This document shows, piece by piece, positions 1-9,528 of a stretch of 64,000 bases of DNA. The notes under the pieces are model-generated. The model did no database searches and was not told the DNA's origin. It was given only the letters and a program-made list of their open reading frames with translations. A program made the position numbers and the translations under genes. Every line of letters starts with the position of its first letter. The stretch's first letter is position 1. Source of the DNA: an uncultured Lentimicrobiaceae bacterium (GTDB lineage Bacteria > Bacteroidota > Bacteroidia > Bacteroidales > UBA4417); contig CAYQTT010000004.1 of NCBI GenBank assembly GCA_964420555.1, positions 26,679 to 90,678 of the forward strand. The letters are read 5' to 3'.

Positions 1-71
1 GCCAGCTTTAAAACAAAGAGTAGAACGTAACCATTTACACATTACTGAAGTTGACAAAAACAATAACCCCC

Positions 72-324
72 TGGCGCGAATTTGTAAATTAGCGAACATT
101 GGGAAGCGGTCTCAATAGCCTGTCCCGCTTTTTCGCGGGAAGCGAAGCGAATAACAAAGTGATCTCATCAGTCTTAGGCTGATAATCTGTGTCAGTTCAA
201 ATTACTATCACTAAACGCAAATGATTATGCTTGAGTTTTAAGGTTATTGGATATATTTGTCATTGAAAAATATGGATTTCAGTGTAAGAAATTACCTACA
301 CGGATTGAAAAGTCGCGCCAATGG
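72..324. repeat. REP-like inverted doublet (REPIN/MITE-like) with nested insert and internal promoter
   Basis: Left arm TGGCGCGAATTTGTAA (72-87) continues as TCTGTGTCA after an insert; inverted right arm CACGGATTGAAAAGTCGCGCCAA (~299-321); core 198-265 is similar to 1757-1825; TATATTTG at 252-259. Confidence 0.65.
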
Positions 325-366
325 TTAAGCTCAAAATCTGAAATAAAAAGAGCATATTTAGAACAT

Positions 367-876
367 ATGAAATATAAATTCCTTATAGTTTTTTTGTTAA
401 TTATACTTAGTCATGAGACATTTTCGCAAACTGACTCTAGCCGTATTGCACGCAATGGTATATTTATAGAAGTGGCAGGAGTTGGTGGATATGGCTCAAT
501 TAATTATGAAAGAGTAATGTATTATAAGAAATATTTGAAGTTTGCAATGAGGTGTGGATTAGGTACTTATCATATTGTAGATTTTACAAATTTAATTAAT
601 CCGGACATAATAATTCCTTTTACTATGAATGGATTTTATGGGCAAAATCATAAAATTGAATTTGGTGTTGGAGAAGCATTTTCAAATATTGTTCATGCTG
701 ATTTAAATGATATTAAAACAAAAAGAGTATCAAATTTTAATACTTTTTTTTCCATTGGATACCGTTATCAAAAAAATACAGGCGGAATAGTATTTCGTTG
801 CGCTTATACTCCAATAATTGAGTTTAATAGATATCTAAGGCATTGGGCTGGTGTTTCTTTTGGCTACTCTTTTTAA
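367..876 (+). CDS. Hypothetical exported protein, probable small outer-membrane beta-barrel
   Basis: ATG at 367 gives signal peptide MKYKFLIVFLLIILSHETFSQ; amphipathic strands; C-terminal GVSFGYSF beta-signal. Confidence 0.7.
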   Translation: MKYKFLIVFLLIILSHETFSQTDSSRIARNGIFIEVAGVGGYGSINYERVMYYKKYLKFAMRCGLGTYHIVDFTNLINPDIIIPFTMNGFYGQNHKIEFGVGEAFSNIVHADLNDIKTKRVSNFNTFFSIGYRYQKNTGGIVFRCAYTPIIEFNRYLRHWAGVSFGYSF

Positions 877-887
877 AGAATCGTATA

Positions 888-1712
888 ATGAAAAGAACAA
901 TATTGTTATGTTTTATTTTTTCGGTCATTATTGCTTGTCATAAAGACGATTTTAATATTATAAATCTGAATGGGAATAGAATTACTGCTTTAGGGCATGC
1001 AGGTATGGGAATTGGGAATACTTATCCGATGAATAGTTATGAGTCAATTTTCAAATGTCTAAATCTAGGAATGGATGGCACTGAGTTTGATGTTCAAATG
1101 ACAAAAGACAGCGTTTTAGTGGCTTATCACAGCCAGGACCTTTCGGATGAGACAAATTTAAAAGGACTTATCAATTCATTACATTGGTATGAAATAAATA
1201 GTGCTCATTACACTCAAACACCCTATTTAGACTATACTATTATTTCATTAGATCAGTTGTTTTCTAACATTGAAAATATTCAAAAATATAAGTTTACGTT
1301 CGACTGTAAATTATACACTACCAACAGTAATAGTATTCAATTTTATAGATCTTATATAAATGCAGTCATTAAAATAATTCAAAATCATCAAATAGAGAAC
1401 AATGTTTACATAGAATCTCAGAGTATAGAATTTCTTGATTTGTTTAAAAAGATAAAACCAGATAGTAAACTATTTATTTATCCATCGTCATTTGAATCTG
1501 GTTTAGAAGTTGCTTTATCTAAAGGTTTATTTGGTATATCAATTTCCACCCGAAGCATCACTAAGGAACAAATAAAAATTGCACATGATAATAATTTATT
1601 GGTTGCGATATGGAACATACACACTGAATCTGACAATATTGAAGCAATCAACAAAAATCCTGATTTTATTCAGACTGACAAAGTGAATAATTTGATTAAA
1701 CTTTTAAAATAA
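888..1712 (+). CDS. Glycerophosphodiester phosphodiesterase family lipoprotein
   Basis: Lipobox IIAC; GHAG...PMNS, GTEFDVQMTKDSVLVAYH and C-terminal IQTD motifs of the GDPD family. Confidence 0.85.
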   Translation: MKRTILLCFIFSVIIACHKDDFNIINLNGNRITALGHAGMGIGNTYPMNSYESIFKCLNLGMDGTEFDVQMTKDSVLVAYHSQDLSDETNLKGLINSLHWYEINSAHYTQTPYLDYTIISLDQLFSNIENIQKYKFTFDCKLYTTNSNSIQFYRSYINAVIKIIQNHQIENNVYIESQSIEFLDLFKKIKPDSKLFIYPSSFESGLEVALSKGLFGISISTRSITKEQIKIAHDNNLLVAIWNIHTESDNIEAINKNPDFIQTDKVNNLIKLLK

Positions 1713-1728
1713 TACCCCCCCCCCTACG

Positions 1729-1884
1729 TTGGCGCAACTTTGAAATCCGTGCTGAACAAATTACTATTACTAAACGCAAATGATTATGACGGAGTGAAAG
1801 GCTTATTGGATATATTTGTTGTTGAATAGAAGGAATTTCAATGAAAGATAGTACCGGCGCGGATTGCAAATCCGCCATCGGGGG
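1729..1884. repeat. Second REP-like inverted doublet with the same core
   Basis: TTGGCGCAACTTTGAAATCCGTGC (left) and GGCGCGGATTGCAAATCCGCC (right); core AATTACTATTACTAAACGCAAATGATTATG...TTATTGGATATATTTGT shared with 198-265. Confidence 0.7.
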
Positions 1885-1910
1885 ACAAAGTCGGCGCAAC
1901 CGATTCAAAA

Positions 1911-1954
1911 AACTGCCAGATGTTGTGCAAAACACATACTAGGGCGAAAGGGAA
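1911..1954 (+). repeat. 44-bp direct repeat, copy 1 (copy 2 at 8214-8257)
   Basis: AACTGCCAGATGTTGTG...AGGGCGAAAGGGAA, 39/44 identical by manual alignment. Confidence 0.8.
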
Positions 1955-2115
1955 CCGTTAGAATTGCTGTGTGTAATAACGGTTGATTTAAGGATGTGCG
2001 CGATATTGGGGAATATCGAAAAGTGGTTAAGAATTTCTTATTAAATGAGTGCACAAAACCTGGTTACTTTCTTCTTCGGTGTGCGAACAGAGACTTTATG
2101 CTAAAATATACAAAA

Positions 2116-2146
2116 CAAAGCTATCCAGACTGACCGGATAGCTTTG
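2116..2146 (-). terminator. Intrinsic terminator for the minus-strand paralogue pair
   Basis: CAAAGCTATCC / GGATAGCTTTG perfect 11-bp stem, T-rich tail on the minus strand. Confidence 0.7.
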
Positions 2147-2248
2147 AATAAAGCAGACATTAATTAAGTTAATGCAGAGCTGTTTGATGACTGATTTTCA
2201 TTTCATCCTTTTTGAATGACAAACATCAAATCCCAAAACCGTCATAGG

Positions 2249-4471
2249 CTATTCGCGGTTGTAAAAACCCTGGTAAACATATTGCATTGAAGATTTAATT
2301 TTCAGATCAAAAGGATTATTGGTAAGTTGATCCTTATCAAAAAAAACATACTGTACACCCGCCTTATAGGTTGAACCCAGATTCAGCGGAACTCTATCCC
2401 CAAAATGGGTCGGAAAATTAAAATTCTGTTGCTGAATAGCCAAACTATCTTTCATTATATCACCAACAAGGAAATAATCGTCACCAGTTGAATTCCAATG
2501 GGTGGGGGCCAAACTTATAAATATCCATGCACTGTTACCTTTTAAAGTTTTAACATTTACTGAACCATTATAGCAGCCCCAAGCTTCGAGATCATTAGTA
2601 TTATAATTATTAGGAGGTACGGTTGACCCCGTTTTAACTTCAAGATAACGGGAATCACCAATCGCATACATTTTTTGAGTATTAGTGATAGGGCCTGACG
2701 CTTTCATCATCCCTGTATAATCGTCGGTCTGAGTGAAATTAATTTGATTGTCTGCAACAAATTTTTGCGACGATGAGTTATACTTTTCAGACCAACCGCA
2801 AAAAGGTACAGCGGGGAAAGAATGACCAAAAGTAGGTTCGTAATGATTAAGATCAAATGGAGATGGAAGTTGACTCATCCTGGAAGTGTTAGAAAGAAGC
2901 ATAAAACCCCATTGCCAGTTTTCATAACAATAAGCAAACTGAAAACTACAATCGGCAGTCCGGGTGGTTGAAGTCTGGCTTGGATCAGCCGGATTATAAT
3001 ACAATGGTGTAATTGCCCATGTAATATCGACAGAATGCGGCCAGGGAGAAGTAGAACTGCTTGACATGACTTGTATAGTTTGAGGCGTACCAGACCATAT
3101 TGTATCCGAAGCTGCAGTGCCAAAATTGTGAAAGTCCCAATTATTGTCAGGATAGCATGTATTGGCAGCATCCCAACAAGTATAGGGTATGATGCTTGCA
3201 TATTTGGTGCCCTTTGATTGGACTAATGATGGCCCGATTTTAATGTTCAACGGATCAGGTTTATCAGGATTGGATGCATTAGTATTGTATATATGCGGTA
3301 CCATAATGGAGCCGCAAATTATCGGGCGCGGACTGCCTGAGGCTTCATACAACATATTAGCCAGAAACCTGGAGCGCGCAAGCACATGGAAAAACATATT
3401 ATCAGGTGCAATACCATAATATACATAGTCCATATCATGTATAAACCTGTTTGTATCCCTGTATTCTGAAAGATTAGCTACCATATAATCAACCGTTGAA
3501 AGATAAACATCAACTTCTGCAGGTATAATTCTTCCCATTTCGCTGTTCCAGAAAGTTGCAGCATAACTGTGCTGTCCGTTATGATCAATCATATTACAGG
3601 CATTAACCATTACCGTAGCTGCCTGAAACTGGTAGTTAACAACTTTAAGAAAGTAGCTTTCGAGCATTAAATAGGTCCTCATGGCTGTGACTGAATCATT
3701 TACTTTTCCTTTACATTCATCAAGTAATGTTTTGGCATAATCTTTTAATGCATTCTCACCGCTACCCACAGTAGGACACAATAACTGGTTCATGTTATTA
3801 ATAACATTCGTCATTGAGGCTGGCGACATATCGTTATAAATATTACTGGCAAAGCCATGTGCATGCAGCTTTAAGTCCTGCATATCCGCTTTATTCTGTG
3901 GATTTGTTGAGTCGGCCTGGTACCTGGCCGCCACATTCGGATAAAACATTAACTGATTATATGATCCACCTCCCATAGCTGTTTGCACATATGCAATCTG
4001 CTTATTTAAGGCAATGCTCGAAATATAGGCTGATAATTTGGTAAAATCTATATTCATTTTATCAGCCATATCTTTGATTGTATTGTTTAATCCCTCAATC
4101 TGACCCTGTATATCCTCCAATTGGGTTTTAATTTCTTCAAAATTAGCCTCAGTATTATGAAAATCAAATGATTCCCATACAACTTCACTAATAAGGTCAG
4201 CGCTTTCCCACACAAACTTGCCAACTCCACCTAAAAGACCTTTTCCAAGCTTGTTTATCTTTTGGCCTGGAAATGGCATGTGGCGCGAAGTTTCATATTC
4301 CGACATGATACAGATTTTTTTATCCGGTATTGCCGGGGGTACAACATCAGTGGGTGGTAAAACCGGATCCGGGTCCGAATCATCTTTTCTACAGGAGAAA
4401 GCAACTATCATTAATAAAACTAACAACACAATTGCCGGAGTAAATTTTTTAAAATTTTTGTTCTCTTTCAT
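2249..4471 (-). CDS. Surface lipoprotein, coiled-coil/helical N-terminal half reminiscent of Vip3-like toxins (paralogue 2)
   Basis: Lipobox AFSC followed by RKDDSD export-like signal; heptad EIKTQLEDIQGQIEGLNNTI; strong similarity to 4694-6958. Confidence 0.6.
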   Translation of the reverse strand: MKENKNFKKFTPAIVLLVLLMIVAFSCRKDDSDPDPVLPPTDVVPPAIPDKKICIMSEYETSRHMPFPGQKINKLGKGLLGGVGKFVWESADLISEVVWESFDFHNTEANFEEIKTQLEDIQGQIEGLNNTIKDMADKMNIDFTKLSAYISSIALNKQIAYVQTAMGGGSYNQLMFYPNVAARYQADSTNPQNKADMQDLKLHAHGFASNIYNDMSPASMTNVINNMNQLLCPTVGSGENALKDYAKTLLDECKGKVNDSVTAMRTYLMLESYFLKVVNYQFQAATVMVNACNMIDHNGQHSYAATFWNSEMGRIIPAEVDVYLSTVDYMVANLSEYRDTNRFIHDMDYVYYGIAPDNMFFHVLARSRFLANMLYEASGSPRPIICGSIMVPHIYNTNASNPDKPDPLNIKIGPSLVQSKGTKYASIIPYTCWDAANTCYPDNNWDFHNFGTAASDTIWSGTPQTIQVMSSSSTSPWPHSVDITWAITPLYYNPADPSQTSTTRTADCSFQFAYCYENWQWGFMLLSNTSRMSQLPSPFDLNHYEPTFGHSFPAVPFCGWSEKYNSSSQKFVADNQINFTQTDDYTGMMKASGPITNTQKMYAIGDSRYLEVKTGSTVPPNNYNTNDLEAWGCYNGSVNVKTLKGNSAWIFISLAPTHWNSTGDDYFLVGDIMKDSLAIQQQNFNFPTHFGDRVPLNLGSTYKAGVQYVFFDKDQLTNNPFDLKIKSSMQYVYQGFYNRE

Positions 4472-4693
4472 TTCGCGGTGATATTTGTTTTAAAGAATTT
4501 TTTTGGCTTAAATTGTAAAATAAAAGGAATTAAGATGTGAGAAAACCACTTATTGGATAAAATCATTTTTTTGAAAAGGCATATGTATTCCTATAAACGA
4601 GAAAACAAATGCATATGGTAACTTTAAGTATTTAAGATGAGTCTGAATCATAAACAGAAAAATAAATCCAACATTTCAGGAATTCTTCATGTA

Positions 4694-6958
4694 CTAATCA
4701 CGTTCGTAATAACCCCGGTAGATATATTGCATTGAAGATTTAATTTTCAAGTCAAAAGGATTATTTGCAAGGTGCTCATTATATAAATATACAAACTCTA
4801 CACCGGCATGGTATTTTTTACCCAGGCCCAACGGAACTTTATTCCCAAAACCGCTATGAATATCAGTGCTTAACTTTGAGTGATAAAACTTAGATTCCAT
4901 TATATCACCATGCAGGTTATAAAAATATTTATAATCATCACCAGATGCACCTTGCACCGAATCCCATCTTGTGGCGGCTAACGTCACACACAGAGTATTA
5001 TTTATTCCCTCTGTGACGGTAAAAGTTTCCGAACTGGAAAAGCAACCCCAGGCTTCCAGATCATTCGTATAGCTATTAACAGGTGGTACGGATGACCCCG
5101 TATTAACCGATAGATAACGGGAATTGCCGAGCGCATAAACACCACGAGAATCATAAGTATTGATGGTGCCTGATGCCAGCATCGCGCCTGTATAATCGTC
5201 CTTCTGAGAGAATGTAATTTGTTTTGGTTCTTCTTGTATAAAATTATACGCTTCCTGATTTTGATTCCACGTAGTTCGCCCACAAAAAGGCACTCCGCTG
5301 CTGATATGGCCATAAATATTGGATTGGTAGTGATAAAGATAAAAAGGAGAGGGAAGTTTACTCAATTTTGAAGTGTTAGAAAGAAGCATATACCCCCACT
5401 GCCATTTTCCAAAAAAATAAGCAAACTGAAAACTACAATCGGCAGTTCGGGTAGTTGAAGTCTGGCTTGGATCTGAAGGATTATAATACAATGGTGTAGT
5501 CGCCCAGCTTATATCAACTGAATGCGGCCAGGGCGAAGTGGAACTATTTGACACGATCTGTATGGGTTGAGGCGCACAAGTCCATGTGGTATCAGCCTCC
5601 GAAGAGCCAAAGTTGTAAAAGTTCCATTTGTTATCAGGATGGCAGGTATTATGAATATCCCAATAAGTATAGGGGATCATACTTACTTTTATGTTACGCT
5701 CTGATGTGATTGCCGATGACCCGATTTTTACAGTTACCTTTTCAGGAGTTTCTGGATTTGAGGCATCAGTATAATAAATATTTGGGACCATGACGGAGCC
5801 ACAAATTATCGGGCGGGGTCTGCCTGAGGCTTCATACAACATATTAGCCAGAAACCTTGAGCGTGCAAGAGCATGGAAAAATATATTATCGGGTGCAATT
5901 CCATAACTTACATATGCCATATCATTTACAAACCTTTCTTCAGTCCTGTATTCTGTAAGATTAGCTACCATATAATCAACGGTTGAAATAAAAACATCAA
6001 CTTCAGCAGGTATAATTCTTTCCATTTCGCTTTTCCAGAAAGTTGAAGCATAACCGTGTTGCCCATTGTGATCGAGCATATTACAGGCGTTAACCATAAC
6101 AGTAGCTGCCTGGAACTGGTAATTAACAACTTTAAGAAAGTAGCTTTCGAGCATCACATAAGCTTTCATTGCAGTGGCTGAATCATTTACTTTTCCTTTA
6201 CATTCATCAAGTATAGTCTTAGCGTAATCTGTTAAGGCATTATCACCGCTACCCACAGTAGGACACAATAACTGGTTCATGTTATTGATTACATTGGTCA
6301 TAGATGCCGGAGTCATATCATTATATATATTACTGGCAAAACCATGTGCATGCAGTCTTAAGCTCTGCATATCCAATTGATTCTGAACATTTGTTGAGTC
6401 AGCCTGGTACCTGGCCGCCACATTCGGATAAAACATTAACTGATTATACGATCCGCCACCCATTGCTGTTTGCACAAAAGCAATTTGCTCATTCAACGCG
6501 GTGCTTGATATATAGGACGATAGTTTACCAAAATCGACATTCATTTCATTGGCCAGATCTGCGATTGAACTGTTCAATAAATCAACCTGATCCTGTATTT
6601 CATCCATTTGGGTTTTAATATCTTCAAAATTAGCCTCGGTATGGTGAAAATCATATGCTTCCCAAACAACTTTACCGGCAAAACTTAAAACGCTCCAAAT
6701 ACTTTCACCTATACTACCTAATAGACCGGTTCCCAACTTGTTTATTTTATGGCCAGGGAATGGCAATTGGCGTGAAGTTTCGTATTCCGACATGATACAA
6801 ATTTTTTTATCGGGAATCACCGGGGGTATCTCATCAGCGGGCGGCACAACCGGATCAGGGTCCGTAGTATCTTTTCTGCACGAAATAACTACTATCATTA
6901 CAAAAAATAATAGCATGAAGGCCTGAATGAACCTTTTCAGATTTTTTGGTTTTCTCAT
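4694..6958 (-). CDS. Surface lipoprotein, coiled-coil/helical N-terminal half reminiscent of Vip3-like toxins (paralogue 1)
   Basis: Lipobox VISC-RKD; N-terminal ~530 aa highly similar to 2249-4471, C-terminus divergent. Confidence 0.6.
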   Translation of the reverse strand: MRKPKNLKRFIQAFMLLFFVMIVVISCRKDTTDPDPVVPPADEIPPVIPDKKICIMSEYETSRQLPFPGHKINKLGTGLLGSIGESIWSVLSFAGKVVWEAYDFHHTEANFEDIKTQMDEIQDQVDLLNSSIADLANEMNVDFGKLSSYISSTALNEQIAFVQTAMGGGSYNQLMFYPNVAARYQADSTNVQNQLDMQSLRLHAHGFASNIYNDMTPASMTNVINNMNQLLCPTVGSGDNALTDYAKTILDECKGKVNDSATAMKAYVMLESYFLKVVNYQFQAATVMVNACNMLDHNGQHGYASTFWKSEMERIIPAEVDVFISTVDYMVANLTEYRTEERFVNDMAYVSYGIAPDNIFFHALARSRFLANMLYEASGRPRPIICGSVMVPNIYYTDASNPETPEKVTVKIGSSAITSERNIKVSMIPYTYWDIHNTCHPDNKWNFYNFGSSEADTTWTCAPQPIQIVSNSSTSPWPHSVDISWATTPLYYNPSDPSQTSTTRTADCSFQFAYFFGKWQWGYMLLSNTSKLSKLPSPFYLYHYQSNIYGHISSGVPFCGRTTWNQNQEAYNFIQEEPKQITFSQKDDYTGAMLASGTINTYDSRGVYALGNSRYLSVNTGSSVPPVNSYTNDLEAWGCFSSSETFTVTEGINNTLCVTLAATRWDSVQGASGDDYKYFYNLHGDIMESKFYHSKLSTDIHSGFGNKVPLGLGKKYHAGVEFVYLYNEHLANNPFDLKIKSSMQYIYRGYYERD

Positions 6959-7151
6959 TTTGGATTTTGGTTTTATAGACTTTATTATAAACTTTACTAT
7001 ATAAAAATGATTTTTGACGAAAGAAAACTTCCTATATTATATATAACCTTGGTATGAAATTGTAATAGCTTTTAAGCAAAAAAAGTAAAAGTAACATAGC
7101 GAAGCGATTTTAGTAACACCTTTGAAATCAATTGTGACGTTAATAATTCCA

Positions 7152-7167
7152 TCCCGATTAATCGGGA
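7152..7167. repeat. Short palindromic repeat TCCCGATTAATCGGGA
   Basis: Perfect palindrome of the TCCCGAT-nn-ATCGGGA type common in Bacteroidota intergenic DNA. Confidence 0.5.
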
Positions 7168-7249
7168 CAAGTAGTGACCCGTAAAAAATACCTGCGAAGC
7201 AAGCATTAATACCGCTGAAAATAAGCAATGAATTAATAAATAATAACAA

Positions 7250-8134
7250 ATGAAAAAACATCTGCTTTCAATCTCGCTGACACTTATGGTAGTATCTTCA
7301 TTTGGACAATCTATCTGGGATTTATCGTTCGATGACACAACGTTTCGTGACAGAATTGTTATAGATTCAATTATAAATCCCAACAATATTTGGAAAGTTG
7401 GACATCCAACTAAGACAGTTTTTTCTACTACTAATTCATCTCCAAATGTTATAGTTACCGATACTTTAAATCCATATCCGCCAAATGATACTTCTTCTTT
7501 TACTATGATTCATATTGCTAGTGGAGGATGGCAATTAAGTTATCCTAAAATAGATATTGGTGGTTGGTATTTTGTTAACTCCGATACATTAACTGATTAT
7601 GGTTACATTGAGTTTTCTTCTGATCATGGTAATACATGGTTATCAATTGAGAATCATAGTAATGTATGCACATGGGGAGCAACGTCGGAAATACCTGTCT
7701 TTTCAGGAAACTCTAATGGGTGGAAACATTTTTACTATTGTATCGAACCTCCAACAACTGTGAATTTAGGCGATACAATATTGTACCGATTTACATTTAT
7801 TAGCGATAATGTTCAAACAAATAAAGATGGTCTTATGTTTGACGACCTTCATTTTGAAGATTGGGCAGAAGGAATCGAAGAATTTCGCAACGACAACTTA
7901 ATTTCAATTTACCCTAATCCAGCTTCCGACTTTTTATCTGTTCAAAGATCCTTCACAAATAACCTTCAATCAATTCAAGTGATTAATTGCCTTGGACAAG
8001 TGATATACATAGACAACAACTTTTCCAAAAGTTTTATAGACGTAAGGTATTTTAAAAACGGAATATATTATTTGAAATACGATAATACGAAAGAGTTTTC
8101 GATAAAGAAATTTGTAATCAATCACAACCAATAA
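7250..8134 (+). CDS. T9SS type A sorting domain protein
   Basis: Signal peptide; C-terminal IYPNPASD...GIYYLK...KKFVI. Confidence 0.85.
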   Translation: MKKHLLSISLTLMVVSSFGQSIWDLSFDDTTFRDRIVIDSIINPNNIWKVGHPTKTVFSTTNSSPNVIVTDTLNPYPPNDTSSFTMIHIASGGWQLSYPKIDIGGWYFVNSDTLTDYGYIEFSSDHGNTWLSIENHSNVCTWGATSEIPVFSGNSNGWKHFYYCIEPPTTVNLGDTILYRFTFISDNVQTNKDGLMFDDLHFEDWAEGIEEFRNDNLISIYPNPASDFLSVQRSFTNNLQSIQVINCLGQVIYIDNNFSKSFIDVRYFKNGIYYLKYDNTKEFSIKKFVINHNQ

Positions 8135-8213
8135 AATGATCAGAAACAAGAAAACGGCTTTTAATAAATAGGAATATGAGTAGTCTGCAAGACCCGGCAA
8201 TTATTCCTCAAAG

Positions 8214-8257
8214 AACTGCCAGATGTTGTGGAAAACGCACAACAGGGCGAAAGGGAA
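8214..8257 (+). repeat. 44-bp direct repeat, copy 2
   Basis: Matches 1911-1954; internal TGTTGTG/CACAACA hairpin. Confidence 0.8.
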
Positions 8258-8527
8258 ATCAGTGATATAGGTAGGGCGCGACTCCAAGTCACACTCTGAC
8301 TAAGACTGCGAGGCAGTGCGTCTGAATATGACTGAACAGCAATTGTATATCGTTTAAACATTTGAAATCTTTACATATATTTGTGCTGGCACACAGTTGA
8401 GCAACAATCTATTCCCATGCTTGTCATTACTTGTCCCGGGTAACGGGAGCGCCAGCCGTTATTAATGCTATTCACCGTCAAAGTAATATTTAAGCAGAAG
8501 ATAAAAACAAACAAAACGATAAAACAG

Positions 8528-9313
8528 ATGAAAACGAGACTTGCAGTTTTACAGATACTTGCATTAGTAATTTTTGTGTGTTTAACAATATCAAAAGTAG
8601 TCGGGCAAAATAACGACACCCTGAATTTAGCTAAAGTGAGTCAGCATTTCAATTTTTATTCAACCCATGCTGACATTAAAGTTTTAGATTCATTGGCAAT
8701 TACTTTAGAGAATAACTACTCCCGAATTACGAACCATTTGGGGATACAAATTGACAAAAGAATCAATGTGAAAGTCTTTCCAGATCTTAAGACCTTTCAT
8801 GCCGCAATTAATTATCCTGATGCACCCGACTGGGTTGTTGGGTCATGTAACGGAGATGAATTAATGATGGTTTCACCATTGAATCCGGGGAGTATTCATA
8901 ATTATGAATCCCTTATGCAGGTGATTGTTCATGAATTTGTACATATAGCGGTTTCGTATGCGCGCGGCGATAAAGGATGGACCACATTACCACGGTGGCT
9001 TAGCGAAGGATATGCACAATACGAAGCCGGTCAGGTAAATGACCGTATTCGAAAAAATGTAGAATCAAGTGTGATAGCCAACACACCGCCAACATGGTCG
9101 CAACTTGATGCCTTATCGGTTATGGAATTTGGCAACATGAATGGTTATGGGCTTTCTGTTACGATTGTTGAATTCCTGGTAGTTACGTATGGTATTGACA
9201 AACTGGTTTTACTAATAAAAGAGCCTGAAAATTTTGAAATCATATACGGTTTGTCAAAAACCACTTTGGAAAAACAATGGATTCAGTATTTAAAGCATGA
9301 AAAGATAGAATAA
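8528..9313 (+). CDS. Peptidase MA (gluzincin-like) family exported metallopeptidase
   Basis: Signal peptide from ATG 8528; HEFVH and PRWLSEGYAQY zinc motifs. Confidence 0.8.
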   Translation: MKTRLAVLQILALVIFVCLTISKVVGQNNDTLNLAKVSQHFNFYSTHADIKVLDSLAITLENNYSRITNHLGIQIDKRINVKVFPDLKTFHAAINYPDAPDWVVGSCNGDELMMVSPLNPGSIHNYESLMQVIVHEFVHIAVSYARGDKGWTTLPRWLSEGYAQYEAGQVNDRIRKNVESSVIANTPPTWSQLDALSVMEFGNMNGYGLSVTIVEFLVVTYGIDKLVLLIKEPENFEIIYGLSKTTLEKQWIQYLKHEKIE

Positions 9314-9330
9314 CGCCCGATGGTCCCTGT

Positions 9331-9433
9331 TGGCGAGGATTTGTAACTTAGCGAAGTCTTGCCTGCTTTACACCTGCGTGAAGCAGGCAGGCAAGCAGGG
9401 ATCTCATTCCGCTTAGCGGCATAATCAGTTCCG
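9331..9433. repeat. REP-like element interrupted by nested palindromic insert
   Basis: TGGCGAGGATTTGTAA-[CTTAGCGAA...GATCTCATTCCGCTTAGCGGCA]-TAATCAGTTCCG, same architecture as 72-194. Confidence 0.6.
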
Positions 9434-9503
9434 GTACTTGTAATATTAATTAGGAAGGAGATTAAAATTAACACATCCTTAATTCAAAATTGAAATTAAA
9501 GAA

Positions 9504-9511
9504 TACTTTTG
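9504..9511 (+). promoter_or_regulatory. Bacteroidota -7 promoter box
   Basis: TACTTTTG matches TAnnTTTG, 17 nt before the sigma-factor ATG. Confidence 0.5.
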
Positions 9512-9528
9512 TGTAAAAGTAAAGTGAT

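Noticed and set aside
8214-8300. GCACAACAGGGCGAAAG resembling a c-di-GMP-I riboswitch
   Set aside because: Lacks the GCAAACC / GGGACGCAAAGCC and tetraloop-receptor architecture
8385-8456. GCTGGC/GCCAGC-closed structure before the peptidase as a riboswitch
   Set aside because: No recognisable aptamer, single copy, and the 5' strand overlaps the expected TSS of the TATATTTG box at 8376-8383
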